Positions 36,421-44,819 of a stretch of 64,000 bases of DNA are shown in pieces (position 1 is the stretch's first letter; the number at the start of each line of letters is the position of its first letter). Both the position numbers and the translations under genes were made by a program. The stretch comes from Gammaproteobacteria bacterium (GTDB lineage: Bacteria > Pseudomonadota > Gammaproteobacteria > Pseudomonadales > Azotimanducaceae). Location: the NCBI GenBank assembly GCA_026706665.1, contig JAPOYI010000114.1, positions 7,268 through 71,267 on the forward strand. The letters are read 5' to 3'. The notes beneath the pieces are model-generated. The model was not told the DNA's origin and ran no database searches. It saw nothing but the letters and a program-made list of their open reading frames with translations.

Positions 36421-37805
36421 ACGCGGCGCTCTCCTTCAGGCCCATCGTCGCCGAACGCGATGTCGAGGTCATTTCGCGGCCCTCGCTGTCGTATTGGCGC
36501 GATGCCTGGATCCGCCTCAAGGCCAACCGGCGCGCGCTGGTATCGCTCTACATCGTCATCGCGCTTGGCCTCTTCACTGTTGTGGGTCCTTGGCTCCCGT
36601 TCGTGCCCAATCATTCGGCGCAGGACCTGGACCAGATCTCGTCACCGCCCGGCGCCGACCGGACGGCGACTATCGTCGAGCCGTACGTCCCGTGGTCCGG
36701 CGTCACGGTCAATGCGCCGGGCGGCCAGGCCCCCCTTGAGGCCCCGGCATCGGTGTCCCTTGCCGGGGAGGCGACAACGCAGGCCGTGCGCATCTTCTGG
36801 GATCCGGTGCGAGGCGCGCATGGCTATCGGATATATCGCAACATCGCGCACCCGGCGCCCGACGACGCCCTGGGAATGCCGCTTGCCGATGTCCTTGTGC
36901 CGTCGCGCGTCAGTTTCGAGGATCGTCTGGACATCAAGCCGCAGGAGTATTTCTACTCTGTCGTGCCGCTCGACAGGAACGGTCGGGAGGCGCCGGTATA
37001 CGCGACCCTCGACGTGAGCGCCATACGCGTCATTACGGCCGAAGAGGCGGTGAAGCGCGGACTCGCGGGCTCAACCGCGGATCTCGCCATCGGCGACCAG
37101 GTCGAGCTGAAGCTGCACGTCCTGGGTACGGACTATCTCGGCCGCGACATGCTGGCGCGCCTGATGCACGGTGCGAGGGTGTCCCTCTTCATCGGCATCG
37201 TCGCGCCGTTCCTGTTCATCCTGGTCGGCATCCTCTATGGCAGCGCTGCGGGCTTCGTCGGCGGCCGCGTCGACCAGGTCCTGATGCGTTTCGCCGACTT
37301 TGTCGTGGCGCTACCGTTCCTGCTGTTCATGATCCTGTTCCGCATCCTGTTCAAGATCGAAGGCGGCGACAGCGGTATCGCGCCCATGCTGATCGCCATG
37401 GTGATCCTGAGCTGGCCGGCGGCGGCGCGGCTGGTGCGAGGACAGATCCTGCAGATCCGGGAGGAGGGGTACATCAGCGCGTCTCGCCTCCTGGGTGCGA
37501 AGACGCCCTACCTGGTGCTGCGGCACATGATTCCCAACACCATGGGAGTGATCCTGGTCACCATCACCTTCGCGGTGCCGAGCGCGATCTTCACCGAGGC
37601 GTTCCTGTCGTTTATCGGCATGGGGGTCGCGCCGCCCACGCCGTCGTGGGGCAGCATGTGCAACGAGGGGATCAAGACCATGCTGACCTATCCGCACGAA
37701 CTGATCTTCCCGGCGCTTTTCATCAGCATCACGGTGCTGGCGTTCAACCTGTTGGGAGACGGATTGCGCGATGCCCTCGATGCCCGCATGAGGTCCCAGG
37801 AATGA
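36417..37805 (+). CDS. ABC transporter permease (OppC/DppC-like) with enlarged periplasmic loop
   Basis: ATGA overlap with the upstream gene. TM1 is followed by about 170 aa before the conserved LGTDYLGRD. The insert contains an FN3-like signature (AVRIFWDPVRGAHGYRIYRN ... YFYSVVPLDRNGREAP). Confidence 0.9.
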   Translation: MNAALSFRPIVAERDVEVISRPSLSYWRDAWIRLKANRRALVSLYIVIALGLFTVVGPWLPFVPNHSAQDLDQISSPPGADRTATIVEPYVPWSGVTVNAPGGQAPLEAPASVSLAGEATTQAVRIFWDPVRGAHGYRIYRNIAHPAPDDALGMPLADVLVPSRVSFEDRLDIKPQEYFYSVVPLDRNGREAPVYATLDVSAIRVITAEEAVKRGLAGSTADLAIGDQVELKLHVLGTDYLGRDMLARLMHGARVSLFIGIVAPFLFILVGILYGSAAGFVGGRVDQVLMRFADFVVALPFLLFMILFRILFKIEGGDSGIAPMLIAMVILSWPAAARLVRGQILQIREEGYISASRLLGAKTPYLVLRHMIPNTMGVILVTITFAVPSAIFTEAFLSFIGMGVAPPTPSWGSMCNEGIKTMLTYPHELIFPALFISITVLAFNLLGDGLRDALDARMRSQE

Positions 37806-38863
37806 CTGCAGTCATCGACCAGGTAACCTCGGCCCTTCTCGAGGTGCGCGACCTCGAGGTCGAGTTCGATACCTATGGCGGGACCGTGCGCGCCGTGCGC
37901 GGGGTCTCCTTCGAAGTGCATGCGGGCAAGACCCTCGCCATCGTCGGCGAGTCCGGCTGCGGCAAGTCGGTGACCGTGCAGAGCATCATGGGGCTGATTC
38001 CGTCGCCGCCGGGACGCATCGTCGGCGGCACGGCGAAGCTCCGGGGCAAAGAGATCGTCGATGGCGTGACCGCGGACGGAGAAATCGTGCGGGGTTCCCG
38101 GATCGGCATGATCTTCCAGGACCCGATGACCTCCCTCAATCCCACCATGACCATCGGCGACCAGATTGCAGAGACGCTGCAAGTGCACCGCGGGTTCAGC
38201 CACTCGCAGGCCTTGAGGCTTGCGGTGGAACTGCTGGAGATGACCCGCATCAACGAGCCGAGTCGACGGGCCCGGCAGTACCCGTTCGAGTTCTCCGGCG
38301 GCATGCTGCAACGGTCCATGATCGCGATGGCGATCGCCTGCCGCCCTTCGATACTCATCGCCGACGAGCCGACCACGGCCCTCGACGTCACCATACAGTC
38401 GCAGATTCTCGACCTGCTGCGCGATCTCCAGCAAGAGAACAACATGGCGATCGTTCTCATCACCCATGATCTCGGCGTGGTGGCGCGCATGGCGGACGAA
38501 GTGGCGGTCATGTACGCGGGGGAGTTCCTGGAAACCGGCACGGCGGACGATATCTTCTACAACTCCGCGCATCCCTACACGGTGGGTTTGAGGGCCGCGA
38601 TGCCGACCAACCGAGATGAATCGGAGCAGGACCTGATGCCGATCGACGGCTCACCGCCGGACCTGTTCGCCCCACCCCCGGGATGCGCCTATTTCGCCCG
38701 CTGCCCGCACGCGATGGAAGCGTGCCGGAACGATCCCCCGCCCGGGTTTGCGGTGGGATCGGGACACATGACCCGCTGCTGGCTGCATCACGCCGACTGC
38801 TCGCGGCGGATCGAGGACCTGCACTATGCCGCGGCCGCGCCACTTGAAGGCAGGGACGCATGA
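37802..38863 (+). CDS. ABC transporter ATP-binding protein (OppD/DppD-like)
   Basis: ATGA overlap with the upstream gene. Walker A GESGCGKS, signature FSGGMLQR, Walker B LIADEPTTALD, and the C-terminal oligopeptide-type Cys cluster. Confidence 0.9.
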   Translation: MTAVIDQVTSALLEVRDLEVEFDTYGGTVRAVRGVSFEVHAGKTLAIVGESGCGKSVTVQSIMGLIPSPPGRIVGGTAKLRGKEIVDGVTADGEIVRGSRIGMIFQDPMTSLNPTMTIGDQIAETLQVHRGFSHSQALRLAVELLEMTRINEPSRRARQYPFEFSGGMLQRSMIAMAIACRPSILIADEPTTALDVTIQSQILDLLRDLQQENNMAIVLITHDLGVVARMADEVAVMYAGEFLETGTADDIFYNSAHPYTVGLRAAMPTNRDESEQDLMPIDGSPPDLFAPPPGCAYFARCPHAMEACRNDPPPGFAVGSGHMTRCWLHHADCSRRIEDLHYAAAAPLEGRDA

Positions 38864-39831
38864 CGCCGCTGATAGAAGCCGAAGGCCTGACCAGGCACTT
38901 TGACCTGGGCCGCAACCAGACGGTGCACGCGGTGGACGATGTCAGCCTGCACATCGACCAGCGCGAGATCGTCGGGCTGGTCGGCGAGAGCGGCTCGGGG
39001 AAGTCCACGTTCGGGAAGACCCTGCTCGGCCTGCTCGACAAGACGGCGGGACAGGTGAAATTCCAGGGTGAGACGCTGCCGCAACGCTACGCGCCGGGGG
39101 ATTTCCAGCGTCACGCCCAGACGATGCAGATGATCTTCCAGGATCCGTATTCGTCCCTGAACCCACGCATGACAGTGGGCGAGATCGTCGGCGAAGGCTT
39201 GAGATTGCATACCAGCCTCTCCGGCAGGGAAGTGCGCGAACGCGTCGGCGACTGGCTCGAACGCGTCGGACTCAATGCGGCGCACATGGCGCGCTATCCG
39301 CACGAGTTCTCGGGCGGACAGCGCCAGCGTATCGGCATCGCGCGGGCGCTGATCATGGGCCCTGAATTCGTGGTCTGCGACGAACCGATCTCGGCGCTGG
39401 ACGTGTCGGTGCAGGCGCAGGTCGTCAACCTGCTCGGAGAACTGAAGGAGTCGATGGGGCTCACGATGCTCTTCATCGCCCACGACCTTTCCATGGTGCG
39501 TTACGTGTCGGACAGGATGGCCGTGATGTACCTCGGCTCCCTGATCGAACTTGGGGTATCGAACAACGTCTTCTTCCATCCGAAGCATCCGTATACGCAG
39601 ATGCTTGTCGGTTCGAATCCCGAGCCGGACCCCGCCACGGAGCGCGGGCGGGGTCGCACGGCGATCCGGGGCGAGATCCCTTCGCCGGTCAACATCCGGC
39701 CCGGCTGCCGTTTCGCCAACCGCTGTCCCAAGGTGATGGACGTGTGCCGGGGAACCACCCCGGAACTGAAAAGCGTCGCGGACCCCGAGGGGAAAGAGCC
39801 GGACCGCCTGATCGCGTGCCACCTGTATTGA
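38860..39831 (+). CDS. ABC transporter ATP-binding protein (OppF/DppF-like)
   Basis: ATGA overlap with the upstream gene. GESGSGKST, FSGGQRQR and VVCDEPISALD. Confidence 0.9.
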   Translation: MTPLIEAEGLTRHFDLGRNQTVHAVDDVSLHIDQREIVGLVGESGSGKSTFGKTLLGLLDKTAGQVKFQGETLPQRYAPGDFQRHAQTMQMIFQDPYSSLNPRMTVGEIVGEGLRLHTSLSGREVRERVGDWLERVGLNAAHMARYPHEFSGGQRQRIGIARALIMGPEFVVCDEPISALDVSVQAQVVNLLGELKESMGLTMLFIAHDLSMVRYVSDRMAVMYLGSLIELGVSNNVFFHPKHPYTQMLVGSNPEPDPATERGRGRTAIRGEIPSPVNIRPGCRFANRCPKVMDVCRGTTPELKSVADPEGKEPDRLIACHLY

Positions 39832-39848
39832 AGCGTTAGCGGGGCGGC

Positions 39849-40248
39849 ATGTCGAACGCGTACATTCGCCCCGGTTTTTGGGGCCGTCCGACCGTACCTG
39901 TACGGCGACTACGAGTTGCCCGGTTACCTCGAATCGGTCTTTGGCGCGGAGGAAGTCGAACGACACGAAGTTCCGGGCAAGCGGCAAGCGCATGTCGAAG
40001 TGCGAGTAGGGGACTCGGTGATCATCGTCGAAGCAGGCGCCGCGCCCGTGTACGGTGGATCGCCCGCCGCATCCGTTTGCGTCTACGTCGATGATGTGGA
40101 CGCTGCCTATGCGCGTGCACTGGATGCTGGCGCGGTTTCCGTCGAGCCGCCATCCGACAAGCCTTACGGCGAGCGCAGTTGCGGCGTCCGGGTTCCCAAC
40201 AGGGACCCATCGGGCAACACCTGGTGGATGTCGCGACTACTTCCATAG
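39849..40248 (+). pseudogene. VOC (glyoxalase/PhnB-like) family gene interrupted by a +1 frameshift in a T5 run
   Basis: Frame 1 reads MSNAYIRPGF up to the T run at 39875..39879. Removing one T joins it to GAVRPYLYGDYELPGYLESVFGAEEV..., the frame of ORF 39916..40248, and yields a complete VOC-like protein. Confidence 0.55.
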
Positions 40249-40307
40249 GACCCTGGCCTTCCCTTTCGTCACGTCATTCGTGAGCTGGCGTCACGGACAG
40301 TTGCCAA

Positions 40308-41558
40308 CTACGGACCCAGTGCGGTGATCGGCATCACTGCGATGCCGTCGTCTCGCGTGTATCCGTACCCCGAACTGACGATGACGCCGAGGACCTTCGG
40401 TTCGCCAGCAGCCTTCAAGTCCATGCGTTCCCGGAACTTCAATAGCGATTCGGCGGCGGAGTCCACTTGTCCGACACCGAGTTTCACCTCAAAGGCGCAC
40501 CAGTCGCCGCGACGGTTCTCTACGACCGCGTCAATCTCAAGGTTGGTGTTGTCGCGATAGTGATAGACGTCAGCGTCACACGTGCGGGAGTAGATGGTCA
40601 GATCCCTGTACACGAGGGACTCGAACAGGAATCCCAGGTATTCCAGATCCTCCAGCAGTCTTTCTGGCGTCGCGCCGAGCGCGGCCACCGCGAGAGACGG
40701 ATCGACGAAATGGCGTTTCGGTGACTGCCGCAGGCGTGATCGAGAGCGGAGTTTCGGAGACCAGGCAGGCTGTTCTTCGCAGATCATCAGTCGGCGTAAC
40801 GCATCCAGGTAGCTGCGTACGGTATCGGGATCCAGGGGACCGGAGTCACCGCCCGCGTCTGCGGCGATGGTCCGGGCACTGACTGGCGTTGACAGGTTGC
40901 GCGCAAGGGAGCGGAGCACCCGACCTACGTTGTCCGCATCGCGTCGAACGCCGTCGGCACGTGAGATGTCGACGCGCCGGATCTCTTCCAGGTAGTCGAT
41001 GCGCGACCTCAGGCAGGCGCGGTCCGCGAGATCCAGATCGCCGGGCCAACCGCCACGGCAAAGCTGGACTGTCAGATCGGAGAGTTTGGAAGGCGGTGCC
41101 CCGCATCCCTCGAAGCAGCCCTGCAACAGAGAAGCAATCGATACTTCCCTGGTCGAGTGGCCTGTTTCGGCGAGACTCATCGTTCGTAACCGCAAGCGTG
41201 AAATACGGCCCGCACCCGTGTGCCTTGTCACGTCGTCGGCTGGTGCAGCCGACCCTGTCAATACGAACTGCCCTCGGTCGTTTCGTTCGTCCACCGTTCG
41301 TCGAATGTGATTCCAGATCGCGGGTTCCACCTGCCACTCGTCGATCAGCCGGGGTGTTTCCCCCGCCAGCACCAACGCCGGCTCGATAGCGGTCGCGCGT
41401 CGCGCGTTTTCGTCGATATCAAGCAGAACTTCGCTGGCGGCGACCTGACGGGCCAATTCTGTCTTGCCGCACGCCTTCGGCCCCTCGATGAGCACAGCGC
41501 CGGCGGACTCCAGTCTGGCCGATAGTTCCATGTCGGCAATTCTTGGTCGATACAACAA
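40308..41558 (-). CDS. AAA+ ATPase, AAA_14 + DUF4143 architecture (second copy, different subfamily)
   Basis: YRPRIADMELSARLESAGAVLIEGPKACGKTELA, LIDEWQ and FVLTGSA. The start is uncertain: TTG 41558/41555, ATG 41606 or TTG 41621. The longer versions would translate the iteron DNA. Confidence 0.7.
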   Translation of the reverse strand: MLYRPRIADMELSARLESAGAVLIEGPKACGKTELARQVAASEVLLDIDENARRATAIEPALVLAGETPRLIDEWQVEPAIWNHIRRTVDERNDRGQFVLTGSAAPADDVTRHTGAGRISRLRLRTMSLAETGHSTREVSIASLLQGCFEGCGAPPSKLSDLTVQLCRGGWPGDLDLADRACLRSRIDYLEEIRRVDISRADGVRRDADNVGRVLRSLARNLSTPVSARTIAADAGGDSGPLDPDTVRSYLDALRRLMICEEQPAWSPKLRSRSRLRQSPKRHFVDPSLAVAALGATPERLLEDLEYLGFLFESLVYRDLTIYSRTCDADVYHYRDNTNLEIDAVVENRRGDWCAFEVKLGVGQVDSAAESLLKFRERMDLKAAGEPKVLGVIVSSGYGYTRDDGIAVMPITALGP

Positions 41559-41579
41559 GGGGAGGATTTGGAAGACCTG

Positions 41580-41658
41580 CCATTTGCAATATATTTGACC
41601 ATCCATTTGCAATTCATTCAACCATATTTTTGCAACGTCTATGACCAGCCATTTGCAA
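41580..41658. promoter_or_regulatory. four phased CCAT(N)TTGCAA iterons in a divergent intergenic region
   Basis: CCATTTGCAA at 41580, 41603 and 41649, and CCATATTTTTGCAA at 41622. The TTGCAA ends fall at 41589, 41612, 41635 and 41658, exactly 23 bp apart. Confidence 0.6.
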
Positions 41659-41796
41659 CCAATCTTATCCAGGAAGAAAAACGGTGCTGGTGGCCGTTTA
41701 CATGACGCTGGCCTTCCGGCATTGTCATTTGAATCGCGTCGAGGGATTCATTCGTTGATCGTGACCGGCGCGGCACGCATGCGGGAGGCGAAGAAG

Positions 41797-43443
41797 ATGG
41801 CACATGACATCGTGATACGCGGCGGCAATATCGTGGATGGAACCGGGGCGGAGCCGGTTCCGGGCGATGTGGCCATCGACGACGGAATGATCACGGCGGT
41901 GGGCGCCGTGGAGGGCAGGGGCAGGCAGGAGATAAACGCCGAGGGGCATGTCGTAAGCCCCGGTTTCGTCGACCTGCATACGCACCTCGACGCGCAGATC
42001 GGCTGGGAGCCCGCGCTGACGCCGGTCAGTTGGCACGGCGTCACCACCGCGCTGATGGGTAACTGCGGCGTCACTTTCGCGCCCTGCAAGCCGACGGACC
42101 AGGAACTCCTCGCGGGCATGATGGAAACCGTCGAGGACATTCCGAAGCACGCGATCCTGACCGGTCTCCCCTGGACCTGGGAAGACTACGGCGGCTATCT
42201 CGACGCCCTCGATGCGCTCGAACCGGGCATCAACGTCGCCGGCATGGTCGGCCACTGCGCCTTGCGCTTCTATGTCATGGGCGAGCGCGCCGTGGAGGAA
42301 CAGGCGACGGACGCGGAACGCAGGCTAATGGCGGACATCGTGGGCGCGTCCATCGATGGGGGAGCGGTCGGCTTCTCCACCAACCGCTACGCGCCGCACA
42401 GATTGCCCGACGGTCGCTCGATTCCTGGCACCTTCGCTGATCCCGATGAACTCGTTCAGATCGCCAAGGCGGTCGGACCGCGCAATGCGCTGATGCAGGC
42501 GGTCGGCGCGGACGGCGAAGTGCTGCAGTCGTTGGCGGATACCACCGGGGGCCGAATCCTGTTCAGCTATGGCGGCGCGAACGAACCCGGCGCGGGCAAG
42601 CGGCAGTCCGACAATCTCGACCGGTTGTGCGAAGGCCGCGACATCACGGCCATCACGCACGTCCGGGGCTCCGGGTTCATATGGAGCCTCCAGTCCCATT
42701 TCCCGTTCCGCGGCGAGACCTGGGACGCCCTGCGCGAGAAAGACCTTGCCGGGCGCATCGAGGCCATCAACGACCCCGAAACGGCCGCCAGGCTCGTCGC
42801 CGAGGTCAAACCGCCGGCAGGAAAGCCGGGCGGCCTCGACAACGTGTTCTACATGGGGTCCGGGGCAACGCCGGAATACACGGCGTCCCGCGACCGGAGC
42901 GCCGGGGCGATGTGCGAGGCCACGGGCGAGAGCTTTGTCGAGGCGTTCATTCGACTCTCCCGCGAGAGCAACGGCAGGGGCCTCTTCACCGTCCGGATCT
43001 TCAACACGGACCTTGAGGAGCTGGGTGAACTGATCAGGAACAGGCATTGCTTTCCATGTCTCGGCGACGCAGGTGCGCACGTGTCCCAGATCATGGATGC
43101 CGGCTGGCCGAGCTTCGTGATTTCGTACTGGATACGGGAACGCGGCCTCTACAGCCTGGGCGAAGGCATCCGGCGCCTGACGTCGGGTCCCGCACGGGTG
43201 ATCGGCCTCACTGATCGCGGCATGCTCGTCGAGGGCATGCGCGCCGACGTGAACGTGTTCGACCTGGACTCGGTCAGCGAGCTGCAGCCGGAACTGGTAC
43301 ATGATTTCCCGGGCGGAGCCCCGCGTTTCATCCAGAGGGCGAGGGGCTACAAGGCAACAATTGTCAACGGCCGGATCAACGTGGTCGATGGAGAACACAC
43401 CGGCATCTGCGCGGGCAAGGTCCTGCGCCACGGCGTCCGGTAA
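41797..43443 (+). CDS. N-acyl-D-amino-acid deacylase (D-aminoacylase) family amidohydrolase
   Basis: GGGAGG lies 8 nt before ATG 41797. DIVIRGGNIVDGTG, GFVDLHTHLD, and a C-terminal DRGMLVEGMRADVNVFD. Confidence 0.85.
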   Translation: MAHDIVIRGGNIVDGTGAEPVPGDVAIDDGMITAVGAVEGRGRQEINAEGHVVSPGFVDLHTHLDAQIGWEPALTPVSWHGVTTALMGNCGVTFAPCKPTDQELLAGMMETVEDIPKHAILTGLPWTWEDYGGYLDALDALEPGINVAGMVGHCALRFYVMGERAVEEQATDAERRLMADIVGASIDGGAVGFSTNRYAPHRLPDGRSIPGTFADPDELVQIAKAVGPRNALMQAVGADGEVLQSLADTTGGRILFSYGGANEPGAGKRQSDNLDRLCEGRDITAITHVRGSGFIWSLQSHFPFRGETWDALREKDLAGRIEAINDPETAARLVAEVKPPAGKPGGLDNVFYMGSGATPEYTASRDRSAGAMCEATGESFVEAFIRLSRESNGRGLFTVRIFNTDLEELGELIRNRHCFPCLGDAGAHVSQIMDAGWPSFVISYWIRERGLYSLGEGIRRLTSGPARVIGLTDRGMLVEGMRADVNVFDLDSVSELQPELVHDFPGGAPRFIQRARGYKATIVNGRINVVDGEHTGICAGKVLRHGVR

Positions 43444-43469
43444 CCGTTATTCCCCACACGGCGGCATGA

Positions 43470-43781
43470 GGTCTGGCCGTCGGTACATGCGCTTTGCCCC
43501 GGTGCCATCGCTTCCGGGATAGCGCGGGAAGCGCCTGCGATCCTGGAGCGGATCGTCGGCCCGGTCATGAGGCTGCTGTTCCAGAATCCGATAAGGCGGC
43601 GGAACCCGTGATCTACCTCTGCTGCGCGGAGGAGGCGGGCGCGAGGACAGGCATCTACCTGCACATGATGGTGGAGAAACCCATGTCGGCTCTGGCGTCG
43701 GACGAGGCCAACGGTGCGAAGCCCTGGGAAGCGAGCGCCGTGCTGGTCGCGAAGCATGCGCAGACGGTCGAGGGCGGCTGA
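43470..43781 (+). pseudogene. 3' remnant of a retinol-dehydrogenase-like SDR gene (5'-truncated, frameshifted)
   Basis: One frame reads SVHALCPGAIASGIAREAPAILERIVGPVMRLLFQNP (the HPG.v.T.l.r region of SDRs). After a 1-nt shift near 43590 it continues DKAAEPVIYLCCAEEAGARTGIYLH...ANGAKPWEASAVLV. No Rossmann N-terminus is present. Confidence 0.45.
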
Positions 43782-43808
43782 GGCACAACCGTTCGCCCAT
43801 ACCAATCC

Positions 43809-44723
43809 CTACACATACGGCGATGGAACGCCTTCCGGGCGCGTTTTGAAACGCCGGTGCAGCCACAGGTACTGCTCCGGGTGTTTTCGAATCTCCGCCT
43901 CGATCAGGCTGTTGAGGTGCTCGGCGTCCGCTTCGTGGTCACCGGTCGGGTAGTTATCGATGCGTTGCAGGTAGAGAGACCAGGTGCCTTTTTCGGGGTC
44001 ACGGAAGTGGCTGAAGAGGATCGGGCGTGCGCCGGTCAGTCGGACCAGCCGGGAGGTGGCAATGGTTGCCGCTGTCTGGCCAAAGAACGACGCGAACACG
44101 GAGTGCCTGATCCCGTAATCCTGGTCCGGCGCGTACCACAGGAGCCGGCAATCGCGCAGACTCCGGATCGCGCGGCGAATGTCGTTGCGTTCGATCACGC
44201 GGCCACAGAACCGCTTGCGGCCCTTGAGCATCAGGTGTTCGACGGCGGGATTCTTGTTGAGGCGGTACACGGCATCGAGATCCACCTGCGTCGACAACAG
44301 CGCCGCCCCGAGATCCAGGGTGAGATAGTGTCCGCCAACCAGCAGGATGCCGCGTCCCTCGGCCCGGGCTTCCCGCAGGACATCCAGTCCATGTATCTCC
44401 ATGCGCGGCGCCAGGATTTCGATGGGGCGGGACCAGCAATAGGCCATTTCCATCGCCAGCATCCCGACGGACAGAAACGTCTGGCGCACCAGGTCCGCGC
44501 GCTCGTGCTCGTCGAGTTCGGGGAAGCATAGACGGATGTTGATCGCGGCGATTCGCCGCCTCCGCTTGGCAAGCCGGTAGCCGACATGGCCGATACCCCG
44601 CCCAAGTCCGAGCCAACAGCGAACGGGTAGCAGGCAAACCAGGCGGGCAACGCCAATCAGGGCCAGGTACGGCCAGTGCTTGGGGGATCCGTGGAGCTTG
44701 CCCATTCGGCGAACTCTATCCAA
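43809..44723 (-). CDS. lpxL: lipid A biosynthesis (lauroyl/myristoyl) acyltransferase, LpxL/HtrB family
   Basis: N-terminal TM, INIRLCFPE, the HxxxxD-type region GGHYLTLDLG, and C-terminal EQYLWLHRRFKTRP. Confidence 0.8.
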   Translation of the reverse strand: MDRVRRMGKLHGSPKHWPYLALIGVARLVCLLPVRCWLGLGRGIGHVGYRLAKRRRRIAAINIRLCFPELDEHERADLVRQTFLSVGMLAMEMAYCWSRPIEILAPRMEIHGLDVLREARAEGRGILLVGGHYLTLDLGAALLSTQVDLDAVYRLNKNPAVEHLMLKGRKRFCGRVIERNDIRRAIRSLRDCRLLWYAPDQDYGIRHSVFASFFGQTAATIATSRLVRLTGARPILFSHFRDPEKGTWSLYLQRIDNYPTGDHEADAEHLNSLIEAEIRKHPEQYLWLHRRFKTRPEGVPSPYV

Positions 44724-44819
44724 CTTCGTCGGGATGAGTAGGGGTTTTTGGTTCCTGCTCGCCGCAGGTCACCGAGGCGGGCATGGATTTTGGCGGGAGG
44801 GGGCACTAGCATCCGGCGC

